Assembly (NCBI GenBank): GCA_964645125.1
Contig: CAZXZC010000001.1
Location: forward strand, 1-55,978
Source: an uncultured Candidatus Saccharibacteria bacterium
GTDB lineage: Bacteria > Patescibacteriota > Minisyncoccia > UBA6257 > 2-01-FULL-56-20
Length of the DNA: 55,978 nucleotides
Reading direction: 5' to 3'
Shown one piece after another: positions 1 through 8,470 of this stretch. The notes under the pieces are model-generated. The model saw only the letters and a program-made list of their open reading frames with translations, ran no database searches and was not told the DNA's origin. Positions within the stretch are counted from its first letter, which is position 1. Each line of letters opens with the position of its first letter. Made by a program: the position numbers and the translations under genes.

Positions 1-291
1 GGTAGACCAAAAGCTGCGAACAAAATCGATGCCAAGCACTGATGTTGCAAGTAGTGCTAGTAAAAATACACTGAACGCTATCAAGAGGGGTGTTGTTTTG
101 AGTCGAAACTCCTTGTATGAGTACGCCAACACTATCCATACTCCAAAGACTATTTCAACGAGTCCTTGGAAAAAAAGGGTTTTGGAAAATATATAAGGGT
201 AGACTCCGTCGCGTAGGTAAAAAATTGGCGTGAGCGCTACTACCCCAATAATCCCCCATTCCAATATTGATACGAGTGTTTTTTTATTCAT
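1..291 (-). CDS. O-antigen-ligase-like polytopic membrane protein; only the N-terminal 97 codons are present because the gene runs off the window
   Basis: My own minus-strand translation from the ATG at 291-289 gives MNKKTLVSILEWGIIGVVALTPIFYLRDGVYPYIFSKTLFFQGLVEIVFGVWIVLAYSYKEFRLKTTPLLIAFSVFLLALLATSVLGIDFVRSFWST, open to position 1. Its N-terminal layout matches the complete 448-aa ORF at 45818-47164. It is not in the supplied ORF track. Confidence 0.45.
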   Translation of the reverse strand, partial: MNKKTLVSILEWGIIGVVALTPIFYLRDGVYPYIFSKTLFFQGLVEIVFGVWIVLAYSYKEFRLKTTPLLIAFSVFLLALLATSVLGIDFVRSFWST

Positions 292-330
292 TGATACTCA
301 TTATTGTTCCGAAAAATGACCGTAAATACA

Positions 331-360
331 ACAACCCCCGCATTTGCATGCGGGGGTTGT
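331..360 (-). terminator. Hairpin downstream of the surface-protein gene
   Basis: A 13-bp GC-rich stem pairs acaacccccgcat (331-343) with atgcgggggttgt (348-360) around a 4-nt loop. It lies 43 nt past the stop at 403. On the minus strand the following sequence is moderately T-rich (tgtattta). Confidence 0.65.
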
Positions 361-402
361 ATTTCACCAATGTTGTTACATTAGCTATTCCACCTCTGAA
401 GA

Positions 403-3400
403 CTATGAGCCTTGAGCGAATGAAATAGAGTTGATAACAATCGGAAGGCCAACGTTCGGCAAACTAATGTTTGCTGTACCTCCTGAGAGTGCATTGGTAT
501 AGGTAACATCGGTTGCACCGTTAATAGCCAAGTACAAGCTTTGTGATACACCGCTTGTTCCGGTATTGGTTGTGCCACCAGCACCCGACAACGTGTTTGA
601 TCGAATCTTGAATGTCTTCGTTGAACCTGGGTTCAATGGGAAGTTGCTCAAGTTAAAGGTCAAACTTGTCGTGGACGATGCTACAAAGGCGTAGGTTACC
701 TGCTTCTGGTCGTCAAAGATGACTACAGAAGAAGCGTTACCGAAGAATGCACTGCCTGACGGAGCCGTACCATTGATGGTTATGGTTACCGTGTTCAGCA
801 ATACACCCTGACCAGCTGCATCGGAAGCAAAGGTCAAGCTACCAAGATCATCGTTACCTGATTTTGATCGGTTTGATGATGTGCCCAATGGACTTGCAGT
901 TACCGTTACTTTACCACGCAATACAGTTATTGCATTAGCAACTGGCGTAGACAACGAGATTGCAGAAGTCGCATTTGAGGTATAGCCGAATGCTTTTACT
1001 GTTTCGCCAGCAAGTGAATCGTTATCGCTGTCGGTTGACGAGGCGATTTTGAACACGTGGGTGGTGTTATCAGTTGCAGCAGATGAGTCATAGGTTGATA
1101 CATCACCTTTCAATATCACCGTAACTGGAGTGTTTTGAGGTACTCGGAGCGGCGTATTGAAGTTGAAGTGATAGTAGTACCCAGGACCTGGGTTGCTGCT
1201 TGAGGCAGCAGTGCTTGCTGTATCAACAGAGCCCAATGGAGTCGTCAGATCGCTCGCCTTATAAATCTTAAGATTGTTAAAGGCGCCCTTCACTGAAGAT
1301 GTTGCTGCTACCTGTTGGAATACATTCAATTCCGTTATCTTCACATCCTCAACATTTGAGGTTTCAGTGAAGGTAAAGGCGGCCAATGTATTGCCTGTTG
1401 AACCCATGACCAATTGATTGGCTGCAGGGCTTTCGTTTGCAAGCGATACCTGTACCGTTGATTGACCGGCAATCACCACACCCTGGCCAGCAACAGTTGA
1501 AGACAATGAAATTGCATTCAACGAAGTTTGACCTGATGCAGAGATACCGCTGATAGAAGTAAGCACACTTACCGTGCTCGTAGGAGCGGTGCTTAAAATA
1601 TCACCATAGATGTCAACCAGCTTGGTTTGGCCTGCTGGAACATTAAAGCTGTTGCCAGAGAATGAGTAGACGCCGCCGCTTGAGACTGTGTTTTGCATTT
1701 GTCCGAGCTGCACGCCACCCACCATTACTTTCAAGTTCTGTAAGTAGGCAAAGGAGCCAACCGTTACAGTTACCGAAGATACATTTACACCCTCAGCTGA
1801 TGAAGCTGCGAATGAGTAGGAACCGATCTTACGGTTGCTTGAAGATGGGGTAATGTTCTGAGTACCAAGACCACTGCTTTTTGCCACCGTCAATGAGCTG
1901 GAAGCAAGCGACAAGCTCGCGCCAGTCACTGAACCACTTGAGGCAGTCTGTGATGAACTTAGGCCTTGCAAGTTGTTAGTGTTACCGGTCAAACGAGCCA
2001 ATACGGATGAGAAATCAGCTGTTGACTGAATATCACCACGCAATGACAACACGCGTGTGGTGTTAGCCGGCACGATGTAGTTAATTGGCGAGGTGCTGCT
2101 ACCGAAACAGTTTACTGCAGTTGAAGTTGACGCTGAGAAGTTACTGTCAGTACAGGTTACGCTGGTGGTCAATGAGTTGATTGTGGTACCAACTTGGCCG
2201 CCTGCATCGTCAGTGATGTTAAGGTTCTTAACATAGCTGTCGAGAGTTGCGCCAGTTCCACCAGTGAAGTTCAAACCGACACCAAGCCACTTTACCTTTA
2301 CTGGCTCACCCGCGGCGTAAATGTTGAATTTCGCCAAGGTAATACCACTCTGGCCCTTTGCAACATTACCGGTTGGGGTATCAGTTGCTTGAGTCACGGT
2401 GATTGAACCAGTCAAGATGGTAACTTGGGTACCAGTGTTTGATTGAGCTGAGACAGGAACGTTGTAGACAGAGTCTACGGCGTAGATGTCATATGAGTTC
2501 AAGATCTCAAACTGGAAGTTGTAGCTTGGGGAACCTGTGATGTCTGCAAATACCTGCACGTTGTTTGAACCAGTGTTCAAGGTTGCAGGAGCAGCAGACA
2601 AATCAAAGTACGCCGAGCCATCTGGTGACACAGAAGCCAATGGTGAACCGACAGTCGTGCCGTTTACCTTAAGGGTAACGTTGCGAATATCGGCTTTGTT
2701 GGCTGAACCGATCACCTTGAAATTGATACCTTTCAACCACTGCTTACTGTTGGTAGCGGTGATGTTCCAAGCGCCAACTAAGTTACCGGTTGTACCAGCT
2801 GTTACGTTGGTGGTTACCGAGCTAGAAGCCACGGTCAATGAACCAAGTGCTGGGTTGCTTACCGAGGTCACTGTGAAGGTGTTTCCGTTTAATGGGAAAG
2901 TACCTGCTGCAGTTACTGCGGCATTGTTTGCATCAACAGCAGACACGTCTGATGCTGAAGCGAACGCAAAGCCAACAGTGTTACCGGCTGACAAACCGGC
3001 TGATGGATCGATAGCGAGCCAAAGTTTGCGGGTTTGACCAGCAGCGACACTCCATCCCAAATTGCTGAAGACAATCTTACCAGCATTAAGTGATGTGTAC
3101 TGTGCTACTACTTTTCCGTTTTCAACCAAGTACGCGCCCGAGATTGAGCTGTCCGACAATACGCCGGTCTTTGTAAAGGTAAGCGTGTTGACGGTAACGC
3201 CACTGGCTGAGCCAGCAGTCAAGTTGACGGCCAATACTGGGACACGAGAAGCGGCGGCAGACGGACTTGAAATAAGTGAACCTGCTACCGGGTTATCCGA
3301 AGCCAAAGAGATCGAAAGGCCGCTGCCTGGAACTGGAGTGCCAGTGCCGGTGCCAGTACCTGTTCCGGTACCGGTACCAGTGCCTGCCATTGCGTTCAAA

Positions 3401-3795
3401 GCGGCGCGGGACTTAGGACCAACGAAACCTGCCGCAGGTGAGATACCTGCAGATGCCTGCCAAGCTGCTACTGCTGCTTTGGTCAATGAACCGAAATATC
3501 CGGTTGCGGCAACCTTCAAGAAGCCTTTGGAAATCAAGATGTTCTGCAAAGCGGTGACATCTGCGCCACGGCTACCAACGGTGAGGTCGCGGGTAAACGT
3601 GTATGAGCTGCCGCCGGTCATTGCACCACCTGAGGTTCCAAGCTGGCCTTGCAACGTTTGGATTTGAGCCAAAAGCGCGGCAATTTGAGCCTGAAGATCA
3701 GCGGTTGACTGAGCGTGTGCAACTGGCAAGAGTGATGGGGCTACCAATGACACGATGGTCATTGATGAGACCACTACTGAAGCTAGTTTATTCAT
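403..3795 (-). CDS. Secreted giant cell-surface protein with signal peptide, coiled coil, peptidoglycan-binding domain, (GT)8 linker and long S/T/N/G-rich beta-repeat region
   Basis: The 1130-aa ORF begins with a signal peptide (MNKLASVVVSSMTIVSLVAPSLLPVAHAQ) and a heptad-like stretch (DLQAQIAALLAQIQTLQGQL). It then has a PG_binding_1-like segment (GSRGADVTALQNILISKGFLKVAATGYFGSLTKAAVAAWQASAG) and the linker GTGTGTGTGTGTGTGT. About 950 aa of divergent repeats follow, in the style LTVA..s....G..la.ftf.A....V.v..l.v...G. Confidence 0.85.
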   Translation of the reverse strand: MNKLASVVVSSMTIVSLVAPSLLPVAHAQSTADLQAQIAALLAQIQTLQGQLGTSGGAMTGGSSYTFTRDLTVGSRGADVTALQNILISKGFLKVAATGYFGSLTKAAVAAWQASAGISPAAGFVGPKSRAALNAMAGTGTGTGTGTGTGTGTPVPGSGLSISLASDNPVAGSLISSPSAAASRVPVLAVNLTAGSASGVTVNTLTFTKTGVLSDSSISGAYLVENGKVVAQYTSLNAGKIVFSNLGWSVAAGQTRKLWLAIDPSAGLSAGNTVGFAFASASDVSAVDANNAAVTAAGTFPLNGNTFTVTSVSNPALGSLTVASSSVTTNVTAGTTGNLVGAWNITATNSKQWLKGINFKVIGSANKADIRNVTLKVNGTTVGSPLASVSPDGSAYFDLSAAPATLNTGSNNVQVFADITGSPSYNFQFEILNSYDIYAVDSVYNVPVSAQSNTGTQVTILTGSITVTQATDTPTGNVAKGQSGITLAKFNIYAAGEPVKVKWLGVGLNFTGGTGATLDSYVKNLNITDDAGGQVGTTINSLTTSVTCTDSNFSASTSTAVNCFGSSTSPINYIVPANTTRVLSLRGDIQSTADFSSVLARLTGNTNNLQGLSSSQTASSGSVTGASLSLASSSLTVAKSSGLGTQNITPSSSNRKIGSYSFAASSAEGVNVSSVTVTVGSFAYLQNLKVMVGGVQLGQMQNTVSSGGVYSFSGNSFNVPAGQTKLVDIYGDILSTAPTSTVSVLTSISGISASGQTSLNAISLSSTVAGQGVVIAGQSTVQVSLANESPAANQLVMGSTGNTLAAFTFTETSNVEDVKITELNVFQQVAATSSVKGAFNNLKIYKASDLTTPLGSVDTASTAASSSNPGPGYYYHFNFNTPLRVPQNTPVTVILKGDVSTYDSSAATDNTTHVFKIASSTDSDNDSLAGETVKAFGYTSNATSAISLSTPVANAITVLRGKVTVTASPLGTSSNRSKSGNDDLGSLTFASDAAGQGVLLNTVTITINGTAPSGSAFFGNASSVVIFDDQKQVTYAFVASSTTSLTFNLSNFPLNPGSTKTFKIRSNTLSGAGGTTNTGTSGVSQSLYLAINGATDVTYTNALSGGTANISLPNVGLPIVINSISFAQGS

Positions 3796-3924
3796 TTTTT
3801 ATAAATTCGAAACGACAAAATTTTTTACATAAGGATACGACGCAATCACGTCGCACGACCTTGAAAATTCCGCACCCTAACTTGAAAGCCTATTCGACTC
3901 ATGCCGTAGGATGCGAATAACCTA

Positions 3925-3956
3925 ATATAATAAAAACCTCGCAAAGCGCGAGGTTT
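3925..3956 (-). terminator. Rho-independent terminator on the minus strand
   Basis: A 9-bp stem pairs aaacctcgc (3934-3942) with gcgaggttt (3948-3956) around a 5-nt loop. The minus-strand RNA reads aaaccucgcgcuuugcgagguuuuuauuauauu, so the hairpin runs into a U-tract. Confidence 0.7.
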
Positions 3957-3962
3957 CTATTA

Positions 3963-4075
3963 CTTAGGTTATATCAGGGAACTTCCCACTATACTATTAC
4001 AATCCGATTGGATAGAAATACGTGAAGCGTTTTGATGCTTCTGTACCCAACTGAACTTCCCTCATATAACCTAAG
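3963..4075. repeat. 113-nt intergenic element closed by an imperfect 23-bp terminal inverted repeat; candidate structured sRNA or MITE-like relic
   Basis: Positions 3963-3985 pair with 4053-4075 at 21 of 23 positions (12 bp, mismatch, 6 bp, mismatch, 3 bp). Internal hairpins are atcc/ggat (around 4003-4014) and gaagc/gcttc (4024-4041). The element sits between the stop of the 4188 gene and the terminator at 3925-3956. Confidence 0.5.
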
Positions 4076-4187
4076 ATGTTGCTTCCTGCCTCACACACGA
4101 AACAACACGTTCTTAAAAATCTAACCACTATAAAGGATCAACTACTACACTGAAGAAAACGGAGAAATCACTGAAAAGTTACCTATT

Positions 4188-4904
4188 CTATAGTGGCTTC
4201 ATCCGATAGAAGCTGAATGGACCACCTCCCCCAACCCGCTCTACAACCTCCTGGTCGATAAGCTTTTGTAAATCATAGCGAATGGTACGTTCGCTTACAT
4301 CCGGCAAATGCTCCATAAGATCCTTCAAACGGCAATTGCCGAGTTCTGCTATCTTTTCTATGATTGCCGTTTGCCGTTTATCGGCTTCGGGAGTCTGAAT
4401 TTGTTCTTCCTGGGACTCTTGCTGTTGGCTTATAACCTCCTCTTTTTTTTCAATAACCGAAACGACTTCATGCGTTACTACTGATGCTTCTTGCTTATGT
4501 ACCTGCTGCTTTTGCTCTTCAAACAACGAGACCGGAGATGCTATGCCAAAAGAAATGTGCACAGGCTCTTTAGTTTGACGAACGCCTTCGTGTGCATGTG
4601 TTATTTCATGAAGGTCTTTTTGGAGCTTGTCGCACTCCACAAGTAAACTTTGAGCGTTTTCTGGGTGAATAACGGTCGCATCCTTTGCGAGTTCAATAAG
4701 ATATCCAATAAATACTAGCTGTGATGAAGCACGCGCCTGTTCACGACTCGCGAGTGCTTCTAGGTAAATTATGCTGTGTTTTTTGAGGTAATCGGCAAAT
4801 AGGTTGTCCGGCATAACGGCGGCAACCTTTATACAGGCTTGGCAAAACAAGAAGCTTCGGCGCATTGAAGAGGCAAAATTACTACCTGCTACGGCGTTCT
4901 GCAT
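4188..4904 (-). CDS. Winged-helix (DeoR-type HTH) protein with an N-terminal helical domain and an acidic/Q-rich linker
   Basis: The C-terminus reads RQTAIIEKIAELGNCRLKDLMEHLPDVSERTIRYDLQKLIDQEVVERVG, which is DeoR-like HTH. The track ORF extends to 5342, but that upstream part overlaps the membrane ORF 4976-5626 in another frame and does not look protein-like. I therefore start at Met147 (ATG at 4904-4902). Alternative starts are 4865 and 4814. Confidence 0.55.
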   Translation of the reverse strand: MQNAVAGSNFASSMRRSFLFCQACIKVAAVMPDNLFADYLKKHSIIYLEALASREQARASSQLVFIGYLIELAKDATVIHPENAQSLLVECDKLQKDLHEITHAHEGVRQTKEPVHISFGIASPVSLFEEQKQQVHKQEASVVTHEVVSVIEKKEEVISQQQESQEEQIQTPEADKRQTAIIEKIAELGNCRLKDLMEHLPDVSERTIRYDLQKLIDQEVVERVGGGGPFSFYRMKPL

Positions 4905-4975
4905 ATAGAATATATATGCTTTATTATGCCTCAAAATGGGCTGTTTTGTCAATATTTTAGGGTCTTTGCCGATTA

Positions 4976-5626
4976 CTACCCATCCTTCTCTTGATTGGCT
5001 GGCTGAAACCAAGGTTTTTGCACTAGAAACCAGGTGCACGCCACCATACCCCAAAACCCAATGGCGAGCTGCCATTGGGGTTGCAATGGTAACAGTACGA
5101 GTACCTGTAATAGCTGCCAGATCAATCCTCCGGCTACTATTGCTGCTGCTAGGCTCATTGCATGTGAAGCTCCCGAATCCACTGACTCGCTCTCTTGTTG
5201 TAGTACCCAGACAACCGCCATAAACCATACGGCGAGTATAGTTGTTGAGATTGTGTTTAGAGGGTTTAAAAATGGTTGTGGTATTTGTAGCCAGATTGTG
5301 AGGGCGGCACCGCATGCTACGTAGTAGCCAAACTGGAGCCATTCGCCTGTTTTTACTCCGTACTCTTTATGAATCAAAATCGCTAGTGTGGCTATGACTA
5401 CTAGTGCCTTTGTAATTGCGGGAATTGAAATAAATGCCAAGAGTAAAAGCCCCGCCACGGCTGGTATATACGCGCGCAGGGAGGATCGCGGTATCACTAA
5501 ACATACCGCAGCGACCATACTCGCAATAACAGGACTCAGCACAAGAAATGCGCCACAAACAGCCGCTGCCTTAGCGACTAAAAACCAGGGAACCTGCCTT
5601 GCCGTTAATTTTAACTTTATCGCCAT
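4976..5626 (-). CDS. Polytopic membrane protein, function unknown
   Basis: The 216-aa ORF has about six hydrophobic helices and a basic N-terminus ([11 protein letters not shown]) followed by a TM helix. If the ATG at 5626 is used, it overlaps the clpB 3' end by 56 nt. The next in-frame ATG is at 5518, and there is no GTG or TTG between them. Confidence 0.55.
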   Translation of the reverse strand: MAIKLKLTARQVPWFLVAKAAAVCGAFLVLSPVIASMVAAVCLVIPRSSLRAYIPAVAGLLLLAFISIPAITKALVVIATLAILIHKEYGVKTGEWLQFGYYVACGAALTIWLQIPQPFLNPLNTISTTILAVWFMAVVWVLQQESESVDSGASHAMSLAAAIVAGGLIWQLLQVLVLLPLQPQWQLAIGFWGMVACTWFLVQKPWFQPANQEKDG

Positions 5627-8228
5627 CTTTTACTTCTCCTCGTATTATCTTATCAGCCAATGCATCTAAAATCATCTTTTGCATTAAACGCTTTAACGGA
5701 CGAGCTCCATAGTCAGAATCAAACCCATGCTCTACTAAATACGTGCGAGCAGGAGCATCGAGCAGTAATTGAATGCGTCGATCACCAAGACGGTTCTGAA
5801 TAGTCTTGAGCTGAATATCTACAATGTGCTCTAAATCTCTTTGGGTTAACGGATTAAATACCACGATATCATCAATGCGGTTTAGGAATTCTGGGCGAAA
5901 TTGACCGCGAAGCGCTTCGAGTGTTTTTGCTTTAAATGACTCAAGCTGATTCGCGTCTTGAGAACCTGTTGCGTGAAAACCGAGCTCTGCGGCGGCCTTT
6001 AAGTACTGACTGCCGACATTTGAAGTCATGATGATAATACAGTTTTTGAAATTCACAATCTTGCCCTTACTATCGGTGAGTCGGCCGTTATCGAGCACTT
6101 GTAAGAGTAGGTTGAACACTTCTGGATGTGCTTTTTCTATTTCATCAAACAAGATGAGGCTGTATGGTCGATGACGCACAATTTCGGTAAGCTGACCCCC
6201 TTCTTCGTGTCCCACATATCCTGGGGGCGAACCGACTAAACGGCTGGTGGCATGGCGTTCCATAAACTCCGACATATCAATCCGCACTAGTGCTTTTTCA
6301 TCGTTGAACATAAACTCGGCGAGTGCCTTGGCGAGTTCGGTTTTACCAACGCCGGTTGGCCCTAGGAACATAAAGCTCCCTAATGGCTTGTTTACATCGG
6401 ATAAGCCTGCCCGCGCACGCCGAAGGGCGTACGAGACTGCTGATATTGCTTCTTGCTGACCGATCACACGACTCGCCAAAACTTCTTCTATTTTTTGCAA
6501 TTTTTCGCTTTCGGTTTCCAGCATTCGATGGAGCGGGATACCTGTCCATTGAGCCACAACCGAGGCAACGTCTTCTTTATCTACTGCTTCTTTCAAGAAT
6601 TTTTCAGTTGGCCGTGGGGCTGCTTTTGTTTTTTTGCGCGAAGACGAACCGGTGCCAAAATTTCGTTTTTCAAATAGATCGAAATCTTTTTGGGCTTGTG
6701 GTAACGCACCGTATACAATTTGCGCCACGCGTTCTAAATCTCCTGCTCGCTCAGCAGTTTCTACCTCGCGCTTTAATGTATCGATTTTTTGGCGAAGCTG
6801 GTGCAATGTTTCGAATTTTATTTTCTCAGCGCGCCATTGGGCAGACAAATTCTCGTCTTCTTCTTTTAAATGCGTAACTTGCACTTCTATTTCTTTCAAG
6901 CGACTTGCTGATTTTTCGGGACTTTCCTTTGAAAGTGCTTGGCGTTCAACCTCAAGCTTGGTGATATCGTGGCGAATTCTATCTATTTCTTGTGGCAGGC
7001 TTTCGCTTTCCAAGCGGCGCGCGGCCGCGGCTTCGTCGATGACATCAACCGCCTTGTCTGGTAAAAAGCGGTCGCTAATATAGCGTGCGCTTAAATTGAC
7101 CGCTTCAACAATAGCTTCGTCACTAATGCGCATACCGTGGTGAATTTCGTATTTTTCTTTCAAGCCCCGCAAAATTGCGATGCTGTCTTCAATACTTGGC
7201 TCATCCACCATAATAGGGGCGAATCGGCGCTCAAGTGCTGAGTCTTTTTCTATATAGCGCTGGTACTCACGAATGGTGGTAGCACCAATGGCATGAAGCT
7301 CACCGCGCGCAAGGGCTGGCTTTAATAAATTGGAAGCATCAACAGCTCCTTCGGCAGCGCCTGCGCCAACTATGGTGTGGATTTCATCGATAAACAAAAT
7401 TATTTTGCCGCTAGAATTTTTTACCTCTTTCATAAATGCCTTCAAACGATCTTCAAATTCACCACGAAACTTGGTGCCAGCGATGAGTAAGCCCAGATCG
7501 AGCATTAGCAGTTGCTTATCTTTTAACGGCTCAGGAACGTCGCCAGTGACGATGCGCTGCGCCAACCCCTCGACAATTGCGGTTTTTCCGACACCTGGCT
7601 CACCAATAAGGACCGGATTATTTTTTGTACGACGAGAGAGTACCTGAATTACGCGGCGCAACTCATTGTCACGCCCAATAACCGGATCGAGTTGACCAGC
7701 TTTGGCACGATCGGTCATGTTGATAGAATACTTTTCGAGTATCTGAAATTTGGTTTCTGGTGTTTCGTCGGTAATGCGCACCGTACCACGCAGCTGTACC
7801 AATGTGCGGAAGAGCGCGTCGCGGCGAACGCCAAACTGCTGCAAGAATGTGCCGGCAACAGATGGAATATCCATCATGGCAAGGAGCATGTGTTCGCACG
7901 AAGTGTACTCGTCTTTTTGGGCGGTTGCTACTTTGGTAGCGCCATCAAGCACGCGCATGAGCTCTTGCGATAAATACAGCTGACCAACCGACGACTCGCC
8001 TGTTGCCTGCGGAAGACGATCCAGTTCAGTTTGAATTTGTTGAAACAGACTCTCAAGATTCACCCCTACACGCATAAGCATTGGCTGGACTAACGAATGG
8101 GAGTCTTGCACGAGTGCATACAACAAGTGCAAACTTTGCAACTCGCCATGGTGTTTTACCGCGGCTTGTTCCTGTGCGTTTTGTAGTGCTTCTTGCGCCT
8201 TAATGGTAAACCGGTGGAAATTTGGCAT
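5571..8228 (-). CDS. clpB: ATP-dependent chaperone / disaggregase ClpB
   Basis: The 885-aa protein has a Clp N domain and two AAA+ modules with Walker A motifs GEPGVGKTA and [10 protein letters not shown] long coiled-coil middle domain lies between them, and the sensor segment GARPLKR is present. Confidence 0.97.
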   Translation of the reverse strand: MPNFHRFTIKAQEALQNAQEQAAVKHHGELQSLHLLYALVQDSHSLVQPMLMRVGVNLESLFQQIQTELDRLPQATGESSVGQLYLSQELMRVLDGATKVATAQKDEYTSCEHMLLAMMDIPSVAGTFLQQFGVRRDALFRTLVQLRGTVRITDETPETKFQILEKYSINMTDRAKAGQLDPVIGRDNELRRVIQVLSRRTKNNPVLIGEPGVGKTAIVEGLAQRIVTGDVPEPLKDKQLLMLDLGLLIAGTKFRGEFEDRLKAFMKEVKNSSGKIILFIDEIHTIVGAGAAEGAVDASNLLKPALARGELHAIGATTIREYQRYIEKDSALERRFAPIMVDEPSIEDSIAILRGLKEKYEIHHGMRISDEAIVEAVNLSARYISDRFLPDKAVDVIDEAAAARRLESESLPQEIDRIRHDITKLEVERQALSKESPEKSASRLKEIEVQVTHLKEEDENLSAQWRAEKIKFETLHQLRQKIDTLKREVETAERAGDLERVAQIVYGALPQAQKDFDLFEKRNFGTGSSSRKKTKAAPRPTEKFLKEAVDKEDVASVVAQWTGIPLHRMLETESEKLQKIEEVLASRVIGQQEAISAVSYALRRARAGLSDVNKPLGSFMFLGPTGVGKTELAKALAEFMFNDEKALVRIDMSEFMERHATSRLVGSPPGYVGHEEGGQLTEIVRHRPYSLILFDEIEKAHPEVFNLLLQVLDNGRLTDSKGKIVNFKNCIIIMTSNVGSQYLKAAAELGFHATGSQDANQLESFKAKTLEALRGQFRPEFLNRIDDIVVFNPLTQRDLEHIVDIQLKTIQNRLGDRRIQLLLDAPARTYLVEHGFDSDYGARPLKRLMQKMILDALADKIIRGEVKDGDKVKINGKAGSLVFSR

Positions 8229-8282
8229 TGCTATGTAAGTATTATACGAAACATCGCTGGTTTTTCTTTCATTTTAATAGAA

Positions 8283-8309
8283 TTAGCACTCCAGTCAATA
8301 GAGTGCCAA
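8283..8309. promoter_or_regulatory. CIRCE (HrcA operator) inverted repeat upstream of clpB
   Basis: The site reads TTAGCACTC-cagtcaata-GAGTGCcAA. The consensus is TTAGCACTC-N9-GAGTGCTAA, so 17 of 18 positions match with the exact 9-nt spacer. It lies 55-81 nt upstream of the clpB ATG at 8228. Confidence 0.8.
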
Positions 8310-8364
8310 TTTAGTATTAACGAATTGAAGAACATTTTGTGGCTTTTACTCATAAGTAATAGGC

Positions 8365-8443
8365 CATTGATGGCGCATCCCATAAGAGAGCGCTCAAAGG
8401 CCGCTAGGCCGGTCCTACGCTCTTATGGGATGCGCCATCAATG
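8365..8443. repeat. Long GC-rich hairpin with a 24-bp perfect stem, just downstream of htrA
   Basis: Positions 8365-8388 (cattgatggcgcatcccataagag) pair perfectly with 8420-8443. The 31-nt apical region is itself partly self-complementary (aggccgctaggccggtcct). No U-tract follows on either strand. Confidence 0.6.
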
Positions 8444-8470
8444 AAAAGAAGGAAATCCAAAATCAAAATA

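Noticed and set aside
3337-3384. The (GT)8 dipeptide linker as a slipped-strand phase-variation tract.
   Set aside because: At the DNA level the hexamers are degenerate (ggt acc / ggc act / gga aca variants), so there is no perfect tandem repeat to promote slippage. Any change in repeat number would in any case stay in frame.
1662-3920. Several plus-strand ORFs of 63-201 aa (1662-1853, 2194-2406, 2537-3037, 3062-3667, 3603-3920) lying antisense to the surface-protein gene.
   Set aside because: They lie entirely inside the strongly supported 1130-aa minus-strand ORF. Their products are compositional mirror images of the repeat-rich sequence (PVPVPVPV from the GT linker, A/T/V runs). They show no start context or recognisable domains.
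3963-4075. The stem-closed element as SRP (4.5S) RNA, a tRNA-like gene or a hammerhead ribozyme.
   Set aside because: I found no GGAAGCAGC-type SRP domain IV motif, no cloverleaf, and no CUGANGA/GAAA hammerhead cores on either strand. It stays listed as an unclassified element.
4905-5342. The N-terminal 146 codons of the 384-aa track ORF 4188-5342.
   Set aside because: This part overlaps the hydrophobic membrane ORF 4976-5626 in another frame and reads as non-protein-like sequence ([23 protein letters not shown]...). The HTH protein most plausibly starts at an internal Met (4904, 4865 or 4814).
6247-7983. Plus- and minus-strand ORFs of 68-164 aa inside clpB (for example 6383-6877, 6634-7083 and 7330-7647).
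   Set aside because: They overlap the unambiguous ClpB reading frame, are rich in R/S/L as expected for off-frame translation, and carry no motifs.
8193-8444. An 83-aa plus-strand ORF in the clpB-htrA spacer.
   Set aside because: It is created by reading through the CIRCE element and one arm of the 24-bp hairpin. It has no RBS or promoter logic and its start overlaps clpB.
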